In this document: in pieces, positions 28,059 through 37,579 of the stretch
Numbering within the stretch: position 1 is the stretch's first letter
Layout: each line of letters opens with the position of its first letter
Virus record (IMG/VR): IMGVR_UViG_2029527006_000005
DNA length: 64,000 nt
Source: a virus
Lineage: Duplodnaviria > Heunggongvirae > Uroviricota > Caudoviricetes
Direction: 5' to 3' (one strand)
Notes under the pieces: model-generated
The model's input: the letters and a program-made list of their open reading frames with translations, nothing else
The model's database searches: none
Told to the model about the DNA's origin: nothing
Program-made: the position numbers and the translations under genes

Positions 28059-28345
28059 TACATGCTCCGTAGAAATTCTTCGTTGTCTTTTTCATTGCAC
28101 CAGCGACTAGTACAGACTACCGCGTGTGCAAGAATAGAAGCACCAGCACGACCACCACCGAGTAAGTACTGAGATAGTACTCCTAGGAGGTTGAATACTT
28201 TTTCATGCTCGGACTTCATTTCAAAACTAACTTTCCAAGCCTGATATTCTTCTTCAGAAATATTCACATCTTGGTCCGGGAGTTCTGAAAGAATCTTCTT
28301 AAGTACTGCTGATTCTTCATTCATCGCTTTCACCATAACGTTCAT
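28058..28345 (-). CDS. hypothetical protein (95 aa)
   Basis: ORF track. Confidence 0.45.
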   Translation of the reverse strand: MNVMVKAMNEESAVLKKILSELPDQDVNISEEEYQAWKVSFEMKSEHEKVFNLLGVLSQYLLGGGRAGASILAHAVVCTSRWCNEKDNEEFLRSM

Positions 28346-28384
28346 CTAGGAAATCGTCATCACGATCTAAAGGTTCTTTATTGA

Positions 28385-28636
28385 TCATAGGAAAATAAAA
28401 TCCTCCAATTCTTCTGGTGCTTCGTTGATGGTAATAAGGTCAAGTTGTCCTTTCTTCATGTACAGTTTGAATACTTTGGCATAATTACCAAATACATCTT
28501 CCGGTTCCTGAATAGTATCAGTTACCACTGTCATATGCACACCAGCACATAATTTCTGAAATAGATGACGGTAAATGTTCAAATAACGAAGGTCATCACC
28601 ACTAATCATTTTACGTGCACGAACAACATTTGCCAC
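28385..28636 (-). CDS. hypothetical protein (83 aa)
   Basis: ORF track. Confidence 0.45.
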   Translation of the reverse strand: MANVVRARKMISGDDLRYLNIYRHLFQKLCAGVHMTVVTDTIQEPEDVFGNYAKVFKLYMKKGQLDLITINEAPEELEDFIFL

Positions 28637-28639
28637 TTA

Positions 28640-28936
28640 TTATACCTCTTCTGATTTTTTAGTCATATCTGCGTAGTAAGTAAGATAACACTTTTCGTAC
28701 TGCTCGTCAAGCCCATCCAACTCCACCCATGTAATTTTTGAGTTCGTGGTCAAACCACCACGCATGAGGGAGATGAAATATTGACCATTTTTTGCATAGA
28801 CATGTCCAGTACTTTCACGTACATACAAGTCTAGTTCTTTGTATCCAGAAGTTGTCTTTACCATTACACGTGCAGGGTATAGGACAACTTCATTAAATGG
28901 ATTCACCTTAGTATTGTGTTTAATTGCTTCGAACAT
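28640..28936 (-). CDS. hypothetical protein (98 aa)
   Basis: ORF track. Confidence 0.45.
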   Translation of the reverse strand: MFEAIKHNTKVNPFNEVVLYPARVMVKTTSGYKELDLYVRESTGHVYAKNGQYFISLMRGGLTTNSKITWVELDGLDEQYEKCYLTYYADMTKKSEEV

Positions 28937-28945
28937 AATTGTTCC

Positions 28946-29320
28946 TTAGTCGTCTGGGTGACCGTAAATTAGACGTAAGTTACCTTTCGCATCAAAGTAA
29001 CGGGTTACTACCCCTTTGCGGTCGCCTTGATTACGTTCCCAATTAATTTGAGTAATCTTCTCCCCATTAGGGCAAGTATAGAACTTATTACCAGTACGTT
29101 CTTCAGTATTCAAAGAACAAGTCTTCATAAGTTCTAGGGCTTCAGCGTACAAGCCAGTATCGTTATGTTGTGGTTCAGATGCTTTGTTAGCACGTCTTGC
29201 TTGCTCAACAAGTACATCGTTTGGTGCAGAGACATTAATAATGTAATGAATGCCATTACCAGTAATCCACAACATTAACATAAAGAATACAGCCAAACCA
29301 CTATTACGTTCAAGTCTCAT
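28946..29320 (-). CDS. signal-anchored/secreted protein (124 aa)
   Basis: N-terminal hydrophobic segment LAVFFMLMLWITG. Confidence 0.45.
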   Translation of the reverse strand: MRLERNSGLAVFFMLMLWITGNGIHYIINVSAPNDVLVEQARRANKASEPQHNDTGLYAEALELMKTCSLNTEERTGNKFYTCPNGEKITQINWERNQGDRKGVVTRYFDAKGNLRLIYGHPDD

Positions 29321-29760
29321 TAATAAACCCTCACACGTTTGAGTGCCTTAAGTTCCTTAGTAGTAGGGAATACCACTAAGCCAGTATTGGTTAAACCGTC
29401 GAAGAAATTAATCCCGAAGTCATAGATAGCAAACGCATCCACTCCTTCATCTTTCAACTTCGACTTGACCTTCATCATATCACCTTCGTCTTTTAAACGC
29501 AAGACAATTTTACGACGACCGCTATCAAACCACGTTTGGAACTCTGCAAGTTCTTCTTGGGTCGCTTCAGTACTGCGATGATTCCAAACAAGATCCATCG
29601 CATGTCCTACCTGTGCAGCTAGCTTACCTTCAGGCATCTCCAAATCTTTTCTTAGGAGGATGAATACCTTCCCTTGAATTTCCGATTTTTCAATTCCTGC
29701 CATTTGAGCCAACTCTCGTGTCTCCGGTCTTTGTGTGCTTGATCCCGTTCTTTGATCCAT
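29320..29760 (-). CDS. PTH2-family peptidyl-tRNA hydrolase-like protein
   Basis: KVFILLRKDLEMPEGKLAAQVGHA and VDAFAIYDFG...GLVVFPT resemble the archaeal/eukaryotic Pth2 fold; the N-terminal 19 codons overlap the upstream ORF so the true start may be the internal Met (MAGIEK...). Confidence 0.55.
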   Translation of the reverse strand: MDQRTGSSTQRPETRELAQMAGIEKSEIQGKVFILLRKDLEMPEGKLAAQVGHAMDLVWNHRSTEATQEELAEFQTWFDSGRRKIVLRLKDEGDMMKVKSKLKDEGVDAFAIYDFGINFFDGLTNTGLVVFPTTKELKALKRVRVY

Positions 29761-30197
29761 TTGTATACGTCCTCAATGAAGTAATCTTTTAAGGCTTCCA
29801 TCTTAACATAATCTTCATGTAAAGGGAAGAACTTATCTTGTATTGTACTCTCCATGAAGTGAAATCCTTCATCGATGGCAAATGGGTACATTTTCTCACG
29901 CTCAACGCCCGGAATAAATTCAGGCTCTTTGAACATCTTACATAGCGTCATCTCTTCAAAGTTATAACGCAACCCTTCACGGCGAGTACCGTTAGATATT
30001 TTCAAATCTCTCTGGAAAGTAATAATTTTATTGTTAGTATCCACAATAACACGCAAACTCTCATACATAATACCACGATAAAAGTAATTCCCTTGATTGT
30101 TAGTAGTACGTTTCATTGAGTTCGGTGTTATGTTACGAAGTAATGCTTTCGCAGTACTAGGAGTACCACGAAAAATTGCAAATTCATTATCCTGCAT
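29652..30197 (-). CDS. EEE-FFQ-ST family protein (divergent)
   Basis: FAIDEGFHFMESTIQDKFFPLHEDY. Confidence 0.45.
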   Translation of the reverse strand: MQDNEFAIFRGTPSTAKALLRNITPNSMKRTTNNQGNYFYRGIMYESLRVIVDTNNKIITFQRDLKISNGTRREGLRYNFEEMTLCKMFKEPEFIPGVEREKMYPFAIDEGFHFMESTIQDKFFPLHEDYVKMEALKDYFIEDVYKWIKERDQAHKDRRHESWLKWQELKNRKFKGRYSSS

Positions 30198-30633
30198 TCA
30201 ACTCTACCTCACCCACGTATGCTGCTTCATCATACAAAGCCATTAGGCGAATGAATAGGTCGTGTGTTAGATCACCAACATTTTCAACTAAACTACGCTG
30301 GAAGAATGAATCTTCACGATAGAGATCATCTAACTCGTGTAATGTGAATTTAACATTTTCATGCAATTCGGTATTGTCGAGTGATTGAATTAGTTCGTAA
30401 TGGTTGATTTGGTTTTTGGTAATAAGAATACGTTGTGAATTACTGAAAGTAGTGCCAATGCGATCAAATTCATACAACCGCACAATCCAAGTATCTCCAG
30501 TTTTACGAAGATTTATTTTTAGTCCATCTTCTTCTTCAGATAACCAAATAGAATTAGTTGCACGATTTCGTACTACCATCCAAGTATGAAAATCAGTCTT
30601 CTCAAGTTTTACTACCATATCTTCAATATTCAT
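30187..30633 (-). CDS. EEE-FFQ-ST family protein (divergent)
   Basis: DDLYREDSFFQRSLVENVGDLTHDLF. Confidence 0.45.
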   Translation of the reverse strand: MNIEDMVVKLEKTDFHTWMVVRNRATNSIWLSEEEDGLKINLRKTGDTWIVRLYEFDRIGTTFSNSQRILITKNQINHYELIQSLDNTELHENVKFTLHELDDLYREDSFFQRSLVENVGDLTHDLFIRLMALYDEAAYVGEVELNAG

Positions 30634-30692
30634 ATTTTCTCCAAAAATTTATTCACAACCAATTATAGCAGATAAAAAAATAAAGTCAACGC

Positions 30693-31106
30693 TTATTCAA
30701 GATGTTGATAATCGAAATGCCACTTAATTCGATTAAGTCGGTCTATATCTTCAAAACGGATCATTTTTGTGTCAATGATCATGCTCAATTGGAATAGTTC
30801 GCACTCGTCGTCAATCTGATAAAAAGAATAGTCTTGGTTATTGGGAATGTAGATTACATCATGGATGTAGGAGAATTGATTCAAACAAAATTGAATTATA
30901 TTATCACGGAAGTAGATAGAAGTGTTTTTGAATTTCAAAACCATTTCATAAGAAGTCATTTCTACTATTCTAGATGATACATCTTCGTATATGATTTTAT
31001 TAGAAGTTTCATATACATTTTTGAAATTGCGTTTTTTATTATATACTGCTTTAATTAGTTCAGTACAGTTCTGATACAATATCAGTTGTTTATTGAGGCT
31101 GTCCAT
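30693..31106 (-). CDS. EEE-FFQ-ST family protein (divergent)
   Basis: QIDDECELFQLSMIIDTKMIRFEDIDRL. Confidence 0.45.
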   Translation of the reverse strand: MDSLNKQLILYQNCTELIKAVYNKKRNFKNVYETSNKIIYEDVSSRIVEMTSYEMVLKFKNTSIYFRDNIIQFCLNQFSYIHDVIYIPNNQDYSFYQIDDECELFQLSMIIDTKMIRFEDIDRLNRIKWHFDYQHLE

Positions 31107-31479
31107 AATTTGTCACCATATGGTCTATAGTTAAATGTTCTAGTATAAGTTTAAGTTGACCAAATACTTTAGGAGTGATGTAATCACTTTCTTTAGTACT
31201 GATCTGTTTAAAATAAGTACGTACACTTCTTAGAACTACGTTTAGCTTCGGACTTGGTGTAGGTACTTCCTCATATACTACCCAATCCATCCCCGGATCA
31301 TATGTTAGTATATAAGCCCCAATGTTATTTTCGCGATGGTTGAGCTTGATCTTTAGTTTACCAGAAAACTTATTGTATTCGATAAGGATTTCACCATTTT
31401 CAATATATGATGCACCTTGGGTGGTAATTTTAATCAAGTCAACTGATGGTACAGAAAAGAAGCGGTTAACATCTATCAT
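31090..31479 (-). CDS. hypothetical protein (129 aa)
   Basis: ORF track. Confidence 0.5.
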   Translation of the reverse strand: MIDVNRFFSVPSVDLIKITTQGASYIENGEILIEYNKFSGKLKIKLNHRENNIGAYILTYDPGMDWVVYEEVPTPSPKLNVVLRSVRTYFKQISTKESDYITPKVFGQLKLILEHLTIDHMVTNYGQPQ

Positions 31480-31494
31480 ATATCCTCCGAAATA

Positions 31495-31528
31495 ACTTAA
31501 AATAAAAGCCCCCTCATTTGAGGGAGCT
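31495..31528 (-). terminator. rho-independent terminator
   Basis: hairpin AGCTCCCTCA-AAT-GAGGGGGCT followed by TTTTATTTT on the minus strand; directly after the SPFH gene stop. Confidence 0.6.
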
Positions 31529-31538
31529 TGTTTAGTTG

Positions 31539-32375
31539 TTACTGTCCTGCTGGAACATTAACAAATGGTACTGCTTGACTACCCATCATGGTTGGTAGTT
31601 TACCGTCCCATTTTTCGATAGCTTTTAGGTCTTTAACATCTGCGTTTTTACGTAGTGCATCACCTAGGATTTCAATACTTTTCGCTTCTGCTTCAGCTAG
31701 TAGTAGTTTAGCATCTGCTTCACCTTTTGCTTGTGAACGTGCCATATCTGCTTCAGCATTCTTCTGTAGTACTTCTTGTTGACGTTGTAGTGTCTTCTGG
31801 TTCGCAGTTACTTTTGCGTTAATGGAAGCATCAACTGATGGTGGATATGCTGGTTTACCCATCCAAGATAGACTTAGAATTTGAATACCTACTGGACCCA
31901 TTTCAGCTTGAATATCTGCTAGTGCATCGTCTAGTAGTTTAGCTTTGCCACCATCAATGAACTGATCAGTACTCATTTTACTACCAAGACGTGTTAGTGA
32001 GTCACTAATCTTCTGACGTAGGTCAGTATCAGTAATATCATCTACACCTTTACGGTAAGTCTGGAATACAGTTTTAACTTTGTTTGCATCCACTTTATAT
32101 GACACACCGATTTTATAACCGATTGTAGTACCATCACGCATCTGGAATACAAATTCTTCGTCGTAGGATTTCATTTGTTTGAACATTGGGAACACATAAA
32201 GATCAGTGTTAATACCAGTCCATACACGGCCTACGCCAACTACTTCACCCACACCCTTGTCATCGCCTAGTTTGTTAACTTTAATACCAACAAAACCCGG
32301 TTCAACACGATCACAGCCTGTTAGAGCTAGTGCACCAAAAACAAGACCAACTGCTAGAATAATTTTCTTGAACAT
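31539..32375 (-). CDS. SPFH/band-7 (prohibitin/HflK-like) lipoprotein
   Basis: lipobox LALTGC; SPFH-like core followed by an Ala/Glu/Lys/Gln-rich coiled coil (ADMARSQAKGEADAKLLLAEAEAKSIE). Confidence 0.75.
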   Translation of the reverse strand: MFKKIILAVGLVFGALALTGCDRVEPGFVGIKVNKLGDDKGVGEVVGVGRVWTGINTDLYVFPMFKQMKSYDEEFVFQMRDGTTIGYKIGVSYKVDANKVKTVFQTYRKGVDDITDTDLRQKISDSLTRLGSKMSTDQFIDGGKAKLLDDALADIQAEMGPVGIQILSLSWMGKPAYPPSVDASINAKVTANQKTLQRQQEVLQKNAEADMARSQAKGEADAKLLLAEAEAKSIEILGDALRKNADVKDLKAIEKWDGKLPTMMGSQAVPFVNVPAGQ

Positions 32376-32572
32376 TATTTGAATACCTTTTTGTAAATTA
32401 CATAGATTGATGGGATACTTAGTACAAAAATACCAAATCCAATCACGTTTAGAATAGTATCAGGTGCTGATACCAATTTGGGTACTTCTACAAACATTAC
32501 AAGGATTACGTAAAGAACGATTCCTAATCCTGTAAACCATTTCATCATCAAACTTGACATTTTTTTCTCCAA
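32375..32572 (-). CDS. small two-TM membrane protein, possible NfeD-like partner of the SPFH protein
   Basis: GIVLYVILVMFV and VIGFGIFVLSIPSIYVIY; start/stop overlaps the SPFH gene. Confidence 0.45.
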   Translation of the reverse strand: MEKKMSSLMMKWFTGLGIVLYVILVMFVEVPKLVSAPDTILNVIGFGIFVLSIPSIYVIYKKVFK

Positions 32573-32681
32573 AAGAAAGCCCGTTCATATTGTAACACAT
32601 GTTCGGGCAAAAGTCAATAACAAAATTAAAGGGAAATGTCGCTATCCAAAATGGAGAAAATGAAAAGCGACGGTGGATTAT

Positions 32682-32758
32682 TGGTGCTAACGGTAGGACT
32701 TGAACCCACAAAATGCCTCATTACAAGTGAGGTGCTGTACCAATTGAGCCACGTCAGC
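32682..32758 (-). tRNA. tRNA-Thr (anticodon UGU)
   Basis: acceptor GCTGACG/CGTTAGC, D-arm GCTCAATTGGTACAGC, anticodon stem CCTCA/TGAGG with loop CTTGTAA, T-arm GTGGG-TTCAAGT-CCTAC, CCA. Confidence 0.75.
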
Positions 32759-32810
32759 AAAAATGACAAAGAACGAGCGTTTCGGAGGTGCTTGTTGTTC
32801 CCTGTCATAC

Positions 32811-32847
32811 TTCTATTATATCACATTATCAGTGATTTGTCCCAAGT
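32811..32847 (-). promoter_or_regulatory. conserved sigma70-like promoter (copy 6)
   Basis: attatatcaca (32815-32825) ... tgtcccaag (32838-32846); 17-nt spacer. Confidence 0.6.
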
Positions 32848-32849
32848 TT

Positions 32850-33392
32850 TTATTCTTTTTCTTGGATTTCTTTAAGAATTCGATCTGCAAGTTCACGTAG
32901 CTTAGTATAAACATAAGCACCATCTTGCTTCTCGATTTTTAACTCATGGGTAGCTGCATAAAGCAACTCTGCCATAGTTAGGTCTTGGCGTAGCCAGTTA
33001 CCATTCTTGAAGATAGTTAGTACACAATAAGGTTGTGGAGAATCACCAGTTTGGTCACATACCAAAATGCTTTGTACTGGTTCATCATCATAAGTACACA
33101 ACTCTGCATTCACATCAGTCATGTACTGTCGAATATCCATATTAGCTTTAGTGTTGATAGCAAAGATTTTACCATCATCAGTACTGTTAATATTCAACTC
33201 AATATCATCACCTAGCTTACGTACTGCTAGGGTATATAGAAGTAGTTCATAGCCATCGTACTGATTTTCAGTACCGCTAGCATTCTTTACTTTAATTACA
33301 CAATTTTTACTACTAGTCTCAGTACTAAAACCTTCTTTATCAGATAAGAAGGTTTCAATTTGACCGATTAGTGCTTGTACTTCTTTAATCAT
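32850..33392 (-). CDS. hypothetical protein (180 aa)
   Basis: ORF track. Confidence 0.55.
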   Translation of the reverse strand: MIKEVQALIGQIETFLSDKEGFSTETSSKNCVIKVKNASGTENQYDGYELLLYTLAVRKLGDDIELNINSTDDGKIFAINTKANMDIRQYMTDVNAELCTYDDEPVQSILVCDQTGDSPQPYCVLTIFKNGNWLRQDLTMAELLYAATHELKIEKQDGAYVYTKLRELADRILKEIQEKE

Positions 33393-33393
33393 A

Positions 33394-33747
33394 CTAATTC
33401 CTTTTAACCCTTAAAATAGGGTGTACATCTAGTTCTGCTTTTTGTAATTCTTCAGCCGATTGTTCGGGACTCATATCTCGGCATTTTATCCAAGTGTCTC
33501 TGCGAACCATCCGGGCTTCTTGTTGCATCACCTTGAATTCTTCAAGTTGCAACGGGGTGAAGCGTACTAATACGTCTTCAGTCCAAATTTGCACAGTACC
33601 GGAATCCCAATCAAATCCGTCATAAATTGCACGGATTTTAGTACATGGTGTCCCGCCTACTGTGTCTTGTGATGATTTTACTGGAATAACCACCTCTTTG
33701 TCAAGAGGTAATTGTTCTAAAATTGCAATCAATTCACCAACTCGCAT
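33394..33747 (-). CDS. hypothetical protein (117 aa)
   Basis: ORF track. Confidence 0.55.
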   Translation of the reverse strand: MRVGELIAILEQLPLDKEVVIPVKSSQDTVGGTPCTKIRAIYDGFDWDSGTVQIWTEDVLVRFTPLQLEEFKVMQQEARMVRRDTWIKCRDMSPEQSAEELQKAELDVHPILRVKRN

Positions 33748-33749
33748 AT

Positions 33750-35003
33750 TTATTTCTCACCTTCTTCAATGAAGTCCACGATGAAATTAACATCGAACAA
33801 TGAACTTGAAAGGTACTGACCTAGGATTGAATATTTAGAGGCGTTGAACTCGACAGCAGTCATTTCTACACCATCAGGATATTCTAACACAAGATCATTG
33901 ATTAGTGCAAGTGCTACTGCACCTCTTTCTGGTCGATAATCATCTTCTGCACGTTCTTTCATGCGTTGCAATGATACATCAAATTTAGCACTGATTTTTG
34001 CTACAGCAACATTTTCTTCATCTTCAGATTCTTGTTGTAAGTTCATTAGTTCTGAACCCATTTTCACAAGGAATGATGCATGTTCAGTTTTATCGTATTC
34101 CTGTCCAGCAGTCATTGGTGGTAGAATAGGAATCTGGAATGCATTCAATGCACACACAACAAATGTTAGTTCACACATACTTCGAATTACATCTAATTCG
34201 TTTTGACCTTCTAGTACTTTACCAGTAATTTCATTGTACTTAGTGTTGATGTTTGATTTACTTGCAGAGTTCTTATATGAATACTCAACTCGATTAGAAT
34301 GACTTTCTAGGCTAAATTGTGCCATACGCACAGCCTTATCATAGATTTCTTCAGCAGTAATGATTTGACCAAACTTATTGGTTTCGCCAATACTATCACC
34401 AAAAAGATCCATATACTCGGTAACCTTCTCTTCGAATTCTCTTGAATTACCGGAAAGTTCTTGTACTTTATTATCAAAGTATTCTTGTAGTGAAACATCT
34501 TGGAAGTGATTATTGAAATACATTTCATGTCGGCGTTGCATCATTAAATTATACACACTTTCATGAATAGGGAAATATCCCATGAACTTACGTCGAGATA
34601 AATCTGAAGTACTGTCAAGATTCATATTACCAAAGTGAATCAATTCTCCAATCTTTTCCCAATCCAAATCTTCTGCTTTCAAATCATAACCATCTCGATC
34701 TGATACATAAGTTTTATTTGCGGGCATTGGAGTACTGGTATAGTTCTCTTTAATGATTGCTAGATTGTATTGGGAATTGAAATTATCAACCATTTCAAAA
34801 TTACCATAATCTTCATATGTTGCATCCATTGGTAAACCCAAGAATGTAAAATAATCATAGCAATAGCAACCGAAGCCTTTATGCATATCTGTTGAATATT
34901 GAGAATGAAGAGATGTTGTACTTACAATTGGGATCAATTTAACTCGATCTCCGGGGTTAATACTGCACTTACTTACTGCACATGATGCGTTAAAGCTACC
35001 CAT
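33750..35003 (-). CDS. hypothetical protein (417 aa)
   Basis: long ORF; no recognisable motif. Confidence 0.6.
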   Translation of the reverse strand: MGSFNASCAVSKCSINPGDRVKLIPIVSTTSLHSQYSTDMHKGFGCYCYDYFTFLGLPMDATYEDYGNFEMVDNFNSQYNLAIIKENYTSTPMPANKTYVSDRDGYDLKAEDLDWEKIGELIHFGNMNLDSTSDLSRRKFMGYFPIHESVYNLMMQRRHEMYFNNHFQDVSLQEYFDNKVQELSGNSREFEEKVTEYMDLFGDSIGETNKFGQIITAEEIYDKAVRMAQFSLESHSNRVEYSYKNSASKSNINTKYNEITGKVLEGQNELDVIRSMCELTFVVCALNAFQIPILPPMTAGQEYDKTEHASFLVKMGSELMNLQQESEDEENVAVAKISAKFDVSLQRMKERAEDDYRPERGAVALALINDLVLEYPDGVEMTAVEFNASKYSILGQYLSSSLFDVNFIVDFIEEGEK

Positions 35004-35026
35004 ATAAAACCTCGTATTTTTTAAAA

Positions 35027-35250
35027 TTATTTGGAAATTTCACCAATCGCTGCTATTTCATCAATATAAATCGTGACATTCCAATATTCAGTATTGGATG
35101 GATGTGGAATAACTGGTATGCGAACTACTATATAATTATTCGATTTAAATGAAATAAATTTACCAGATATTGGTGAATCTTTTCCTCTCAAATATACTAT
35201 AACCCGATCAATTTCAGGTTTTAAACTTTCAATTACTTTAATTATAGACA
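35027..35250 (-). CDS. hypothetical protein (about 74 aa)
   Basis: track ORF 35027..35356 trimmed; its first 35 codons translate the tRNA (VGSNPTSS = T-arm); the internal ATG at 35248-35250 follows AGGAGA. Confidence 0.45.
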
Positions 35251-35271
35251 TTTTTTTTGTCTCCTGTTCAG

Positions 35272-35362
<91 letters not shown>

Positions 35363-35366
35363 GTAA

Positions 35367-35403
35367 TTATATTATATCACATTTTTCTTGCTTTGTCCCA
35401 ACT
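35367..35403 (-). promoter_or_regulatory. conserved sigma70-like promoter (copy 7)
   Basis: attatatcaca (35371-35381) ... tgtcccaac (35394-35402); 17-nt spacer. Confidence 0.6.
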
Positions 35404-35830
35404 TTCTGACATATAAATTTGCCATCAATGGTTCAAACAAATTATATAAAGTTAATAAGTCCTGGTATACTTCAATATCAATACCTATCTTCTTTAGTAC
35501 TCTACTAGTTGGTGTAGTCCAATTACCATATGATTCTAAGTCTTCATCACCTAGAGCTTCACCTATCAGTACTTCACCCTTAGAATCAATGCTAACAAAC
35601 GGACATTCTACAGTACGGTTTTCAACATAAAAAACCATCATATAGCTGGTGGGTGAATAACTAAGGGCAAGATAATTTCTAGAAGTGAAATAGTACGTAC
35701 AGCTTACGCCATACGTAGTACTGAAATCAGGCCATACAGAAATGGATTGATAAATTCTATCATCAACAAACTCTCCGTTGAATTCGGAGAGTAATTGAGA
35801 TATTAGACTTTTTGTTTTACTTAGCTGCAT
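35372..35830 (-). CDS. hypothetical protein (152 aa)
   Basis: ORF track; its 3' end overlaps promoter copy 7. Confidence 0.5.
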   Translation of the reverse strand: MQLSKTKSLISQLLSEFNGEFVDDRIYQSISVWPDFSTTYGVSCTYYFTSRNYLALSYSPTSYMMVFYVENRTVECPFVSIDSKGEVLIGEALGDEDLESYGNWTTPTSRVLKKIGIDIEVYQDLLTLYNLFEPLMANLYVRKLGQSKKNVI

Positions 35831-36221
35831 CTAATAGTGCCAAAATATCACGAGTTGCAACAATGTAATCATATGTAATATGATGATAGTTGTTAATCAA
35901 TGAATCTTGGAAGAATTCGCCTTCATCAACCGATGCTGGGAATTCTTGATTGAAACCTTCTTTACCATTCATCTTAGGTACATTTACGCTAATTGTCTGA
36001 GTACCACCATCGTACTTAACCATGATACCATCAGTGCAGATCATGATGCACGGCTTAAGAACTCCGCTTTTGGATTCTGGAGCAGCAACGATAGAAGAAT
36101 ACACAGTACCTTCATTATCACGATAACCGAGAACACTGACCTTTTCGGTGGTTTCGTTCTGGTCAACAATAATACGAGTACTCAAGAATGGAATTTTTTT
36201 AATTTGGTCATTGATATTCAT
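35817..36221 (-). CDS. EEE-FFQ-ST family protein
   Basis: SVDEGEFFQDSLINNYHHITYDY; paralog of 25181..25666. Confidence 0.55.
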   Translation of the reverse strand: MNINDQIKKIPFLSTRIIVDQNETTEKVSVLGYRDNEGTVYSSIVAAPESKSGVLKPCIMICTDGIMVKYDGGTQTISVNVPKMNGKEGFNQEFPASVDEGEFFQDSLINNYHHITYDYIVATRDILALLDAAK

Positions 36222-36421
36222 TTTATTTCCTTAGTATTCGCCATGTATTTTTCCATTGAGCGAATTGCGTTAAAAGTACGGAATTCTTTGAAACGTTCAT
36301 CAACTAGGAACGATGCTTGAAATGGATGCGAACATACTTCACATTCATTTGTTCTGTACTGATACACATGTTTACAATGTGGACAGTACAGTTTATCTTC
36401 ATAGACTTTTTCTTTGTTCAT
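36218..36421 (-). CDS. zinc-ribbon small protein (67 aa)
   Basis: CPHCKH...CEVCSH. Confidence 0.45.
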   Translation of the reverse strand: MNKEKVYEDKLYCPHCKHVYQYRTNECEVCSHPFQASFLVDERFKEFRTFNAIRSMEKYMANTKEIK

Positions 36422-36915
36422 TAAAACTTCCGCTGAATTAATTTCTGACCATCATCACGGTCACGGAAATCCACATCACTACTGTAATGATAGACAAAGT
36501 GTAAGTTACGTTGTTCATCCATTTTGTACACATTGTGCATTTTAGGATATCCAACACGAACGTACTTATTCGGTACTGCAAACATTTCAGCCCATTTACG
36601 CAAAGCAAACATATTATGATGTTCACCTAAACGCCAATTAAGATGCATATTGCCATCGTGAAGATCATAATCGCGATTGAATGCTTCCATACATACGGCG
36701 TTGTGGTTGTTATAAGCCAATCCAGCTTTGTAAGTACTTTCATCGATTTCTAGGGCTTTCATACGAGAACATTCTTGATATTTCACCCAAGGATTTTCAT
36801 CAGTATAAATTTCTTTAGCATCTTCTAAAGTACTCTCATCCGATAGAGCATAATAAGTAAAATCAGTACGACCTGTACCACTAGCATCTGTTTCATTTAC
36901 CATATAGTATTTCAT
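36421..36915 (-). CDS. hypothetical protein (164 aa)
   Basis: ORF track. Confidence 0.55.
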   Translation of the reverse strand: MKYYMVNETDASGTGRTDFTYYALSDESTLEDAKEIYTDENPWVKYQECSRMKALEIDESTYKAGLAYNNHNAVCMEAFNRDYDLHDGNMHLNWRLGEHHNMFALRKWAEMFAVPNKYVRVGYPKMHNVYKMDEQRNLHFVYHYSSDVDFRDRDDGQKLIQRKF

Positions 36916-37157
36916 GAGTTATCCTTGTTGAAGTTACCATTACAATGCCATACTAAACTGCATACAATCAATTCAATACTGAGTAGTACGAGCATGAAAA
37001 TATGACCATAGATTTTTACATCTTGGGGTACGAAAAGATTAATTACACCTACAATAGCATTGAGTATTGCTACGCTCATAATGATACGCAATGGTGTATT
37101 GAGACTTTTGAACCAATTTAGTACTGGCATGTTATCACCTGTTTTATTCGTTGTCAA
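36912..37157 (-). CDS. small two-TM membrane protein (81 aa)
   Basis: LRIIMSVAILNAIVGVINLFV and IFMLVLLSIELIVCSLVW. Confidence 0.45.
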   Translation of the reverse strand: MTTNKTGDNMPVLNWFKSLNTPLRIIMSVAILNAIVGVINLFVPQDVKIYGHIFMLVLLSIELIVCSLVWHCNGNFNKDNS

Positions 37158-37350
37158 GTTTTTCTACGAATTCGAAGCAACCGCAGTATTTGCAACCTGC
37201 TGGCTCGTTATCTTCGTAGGAATCAAAATGTCGATAGTAGACATGACCACAAGTACACATACGGTGATCACCGTAGTTTGGATTGTAGGCCATATCAATC
37301 ACAATACGTTCAGTGATGATGTATGGTAGTTCCTCATTCTTCTGAGTCAT
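37144..37350 (-). CDS. small Cys-rich (zinc-binding) protein (68 aa)
   Basis: CTCGH...CKYCGC. Confidence 0.45.
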   Translation of the reverse strand: MTQKNEELPYIITERIVIDMAYNPNYGDHRMCTCGHVYYRHFDSYEDNEPAGCKYCGCFEFVEKLDNE

Positions 37351-37579
37351 TGTTTTCTTCCTCTAATTGTCTTGCAATATCTTCTTCGTACTTGCGTTCT
37401 TCCATTTCTTCAACGGATTGCATGATACTAGAGCAAATCTCATAGAGTTGATCATATGCACGGCGTTCGTATTGGTTTAGTTCATCAGGATCGAAATCCT
37501 CTTCCCACATACGTTCTTTGATTTCTTCCATTGCGGTAACTGTATTTTCGAACATACAGTATGACATGTTAATTCCCAT
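37334..37579 (-). CDS. hypothetical acidic protein (81 aa)
   Basis: ORF track. Confidence 0.45.
   Translation of the reverse strand: MGINMSYCMFENTVTAMEEIKERMWEEDFDPDELNQYERRAYDQLYEICSSIMQSVEEMEERKYEEDIARQLEEENNDSEE

Noticed and set aside
32460-32875. ORFs 32460..32711(-), 32626..32808(-) and 32636..32875(+)
   Set aside because: They overlap tRNA-Thr and promoter copy 6, with no coding signal.
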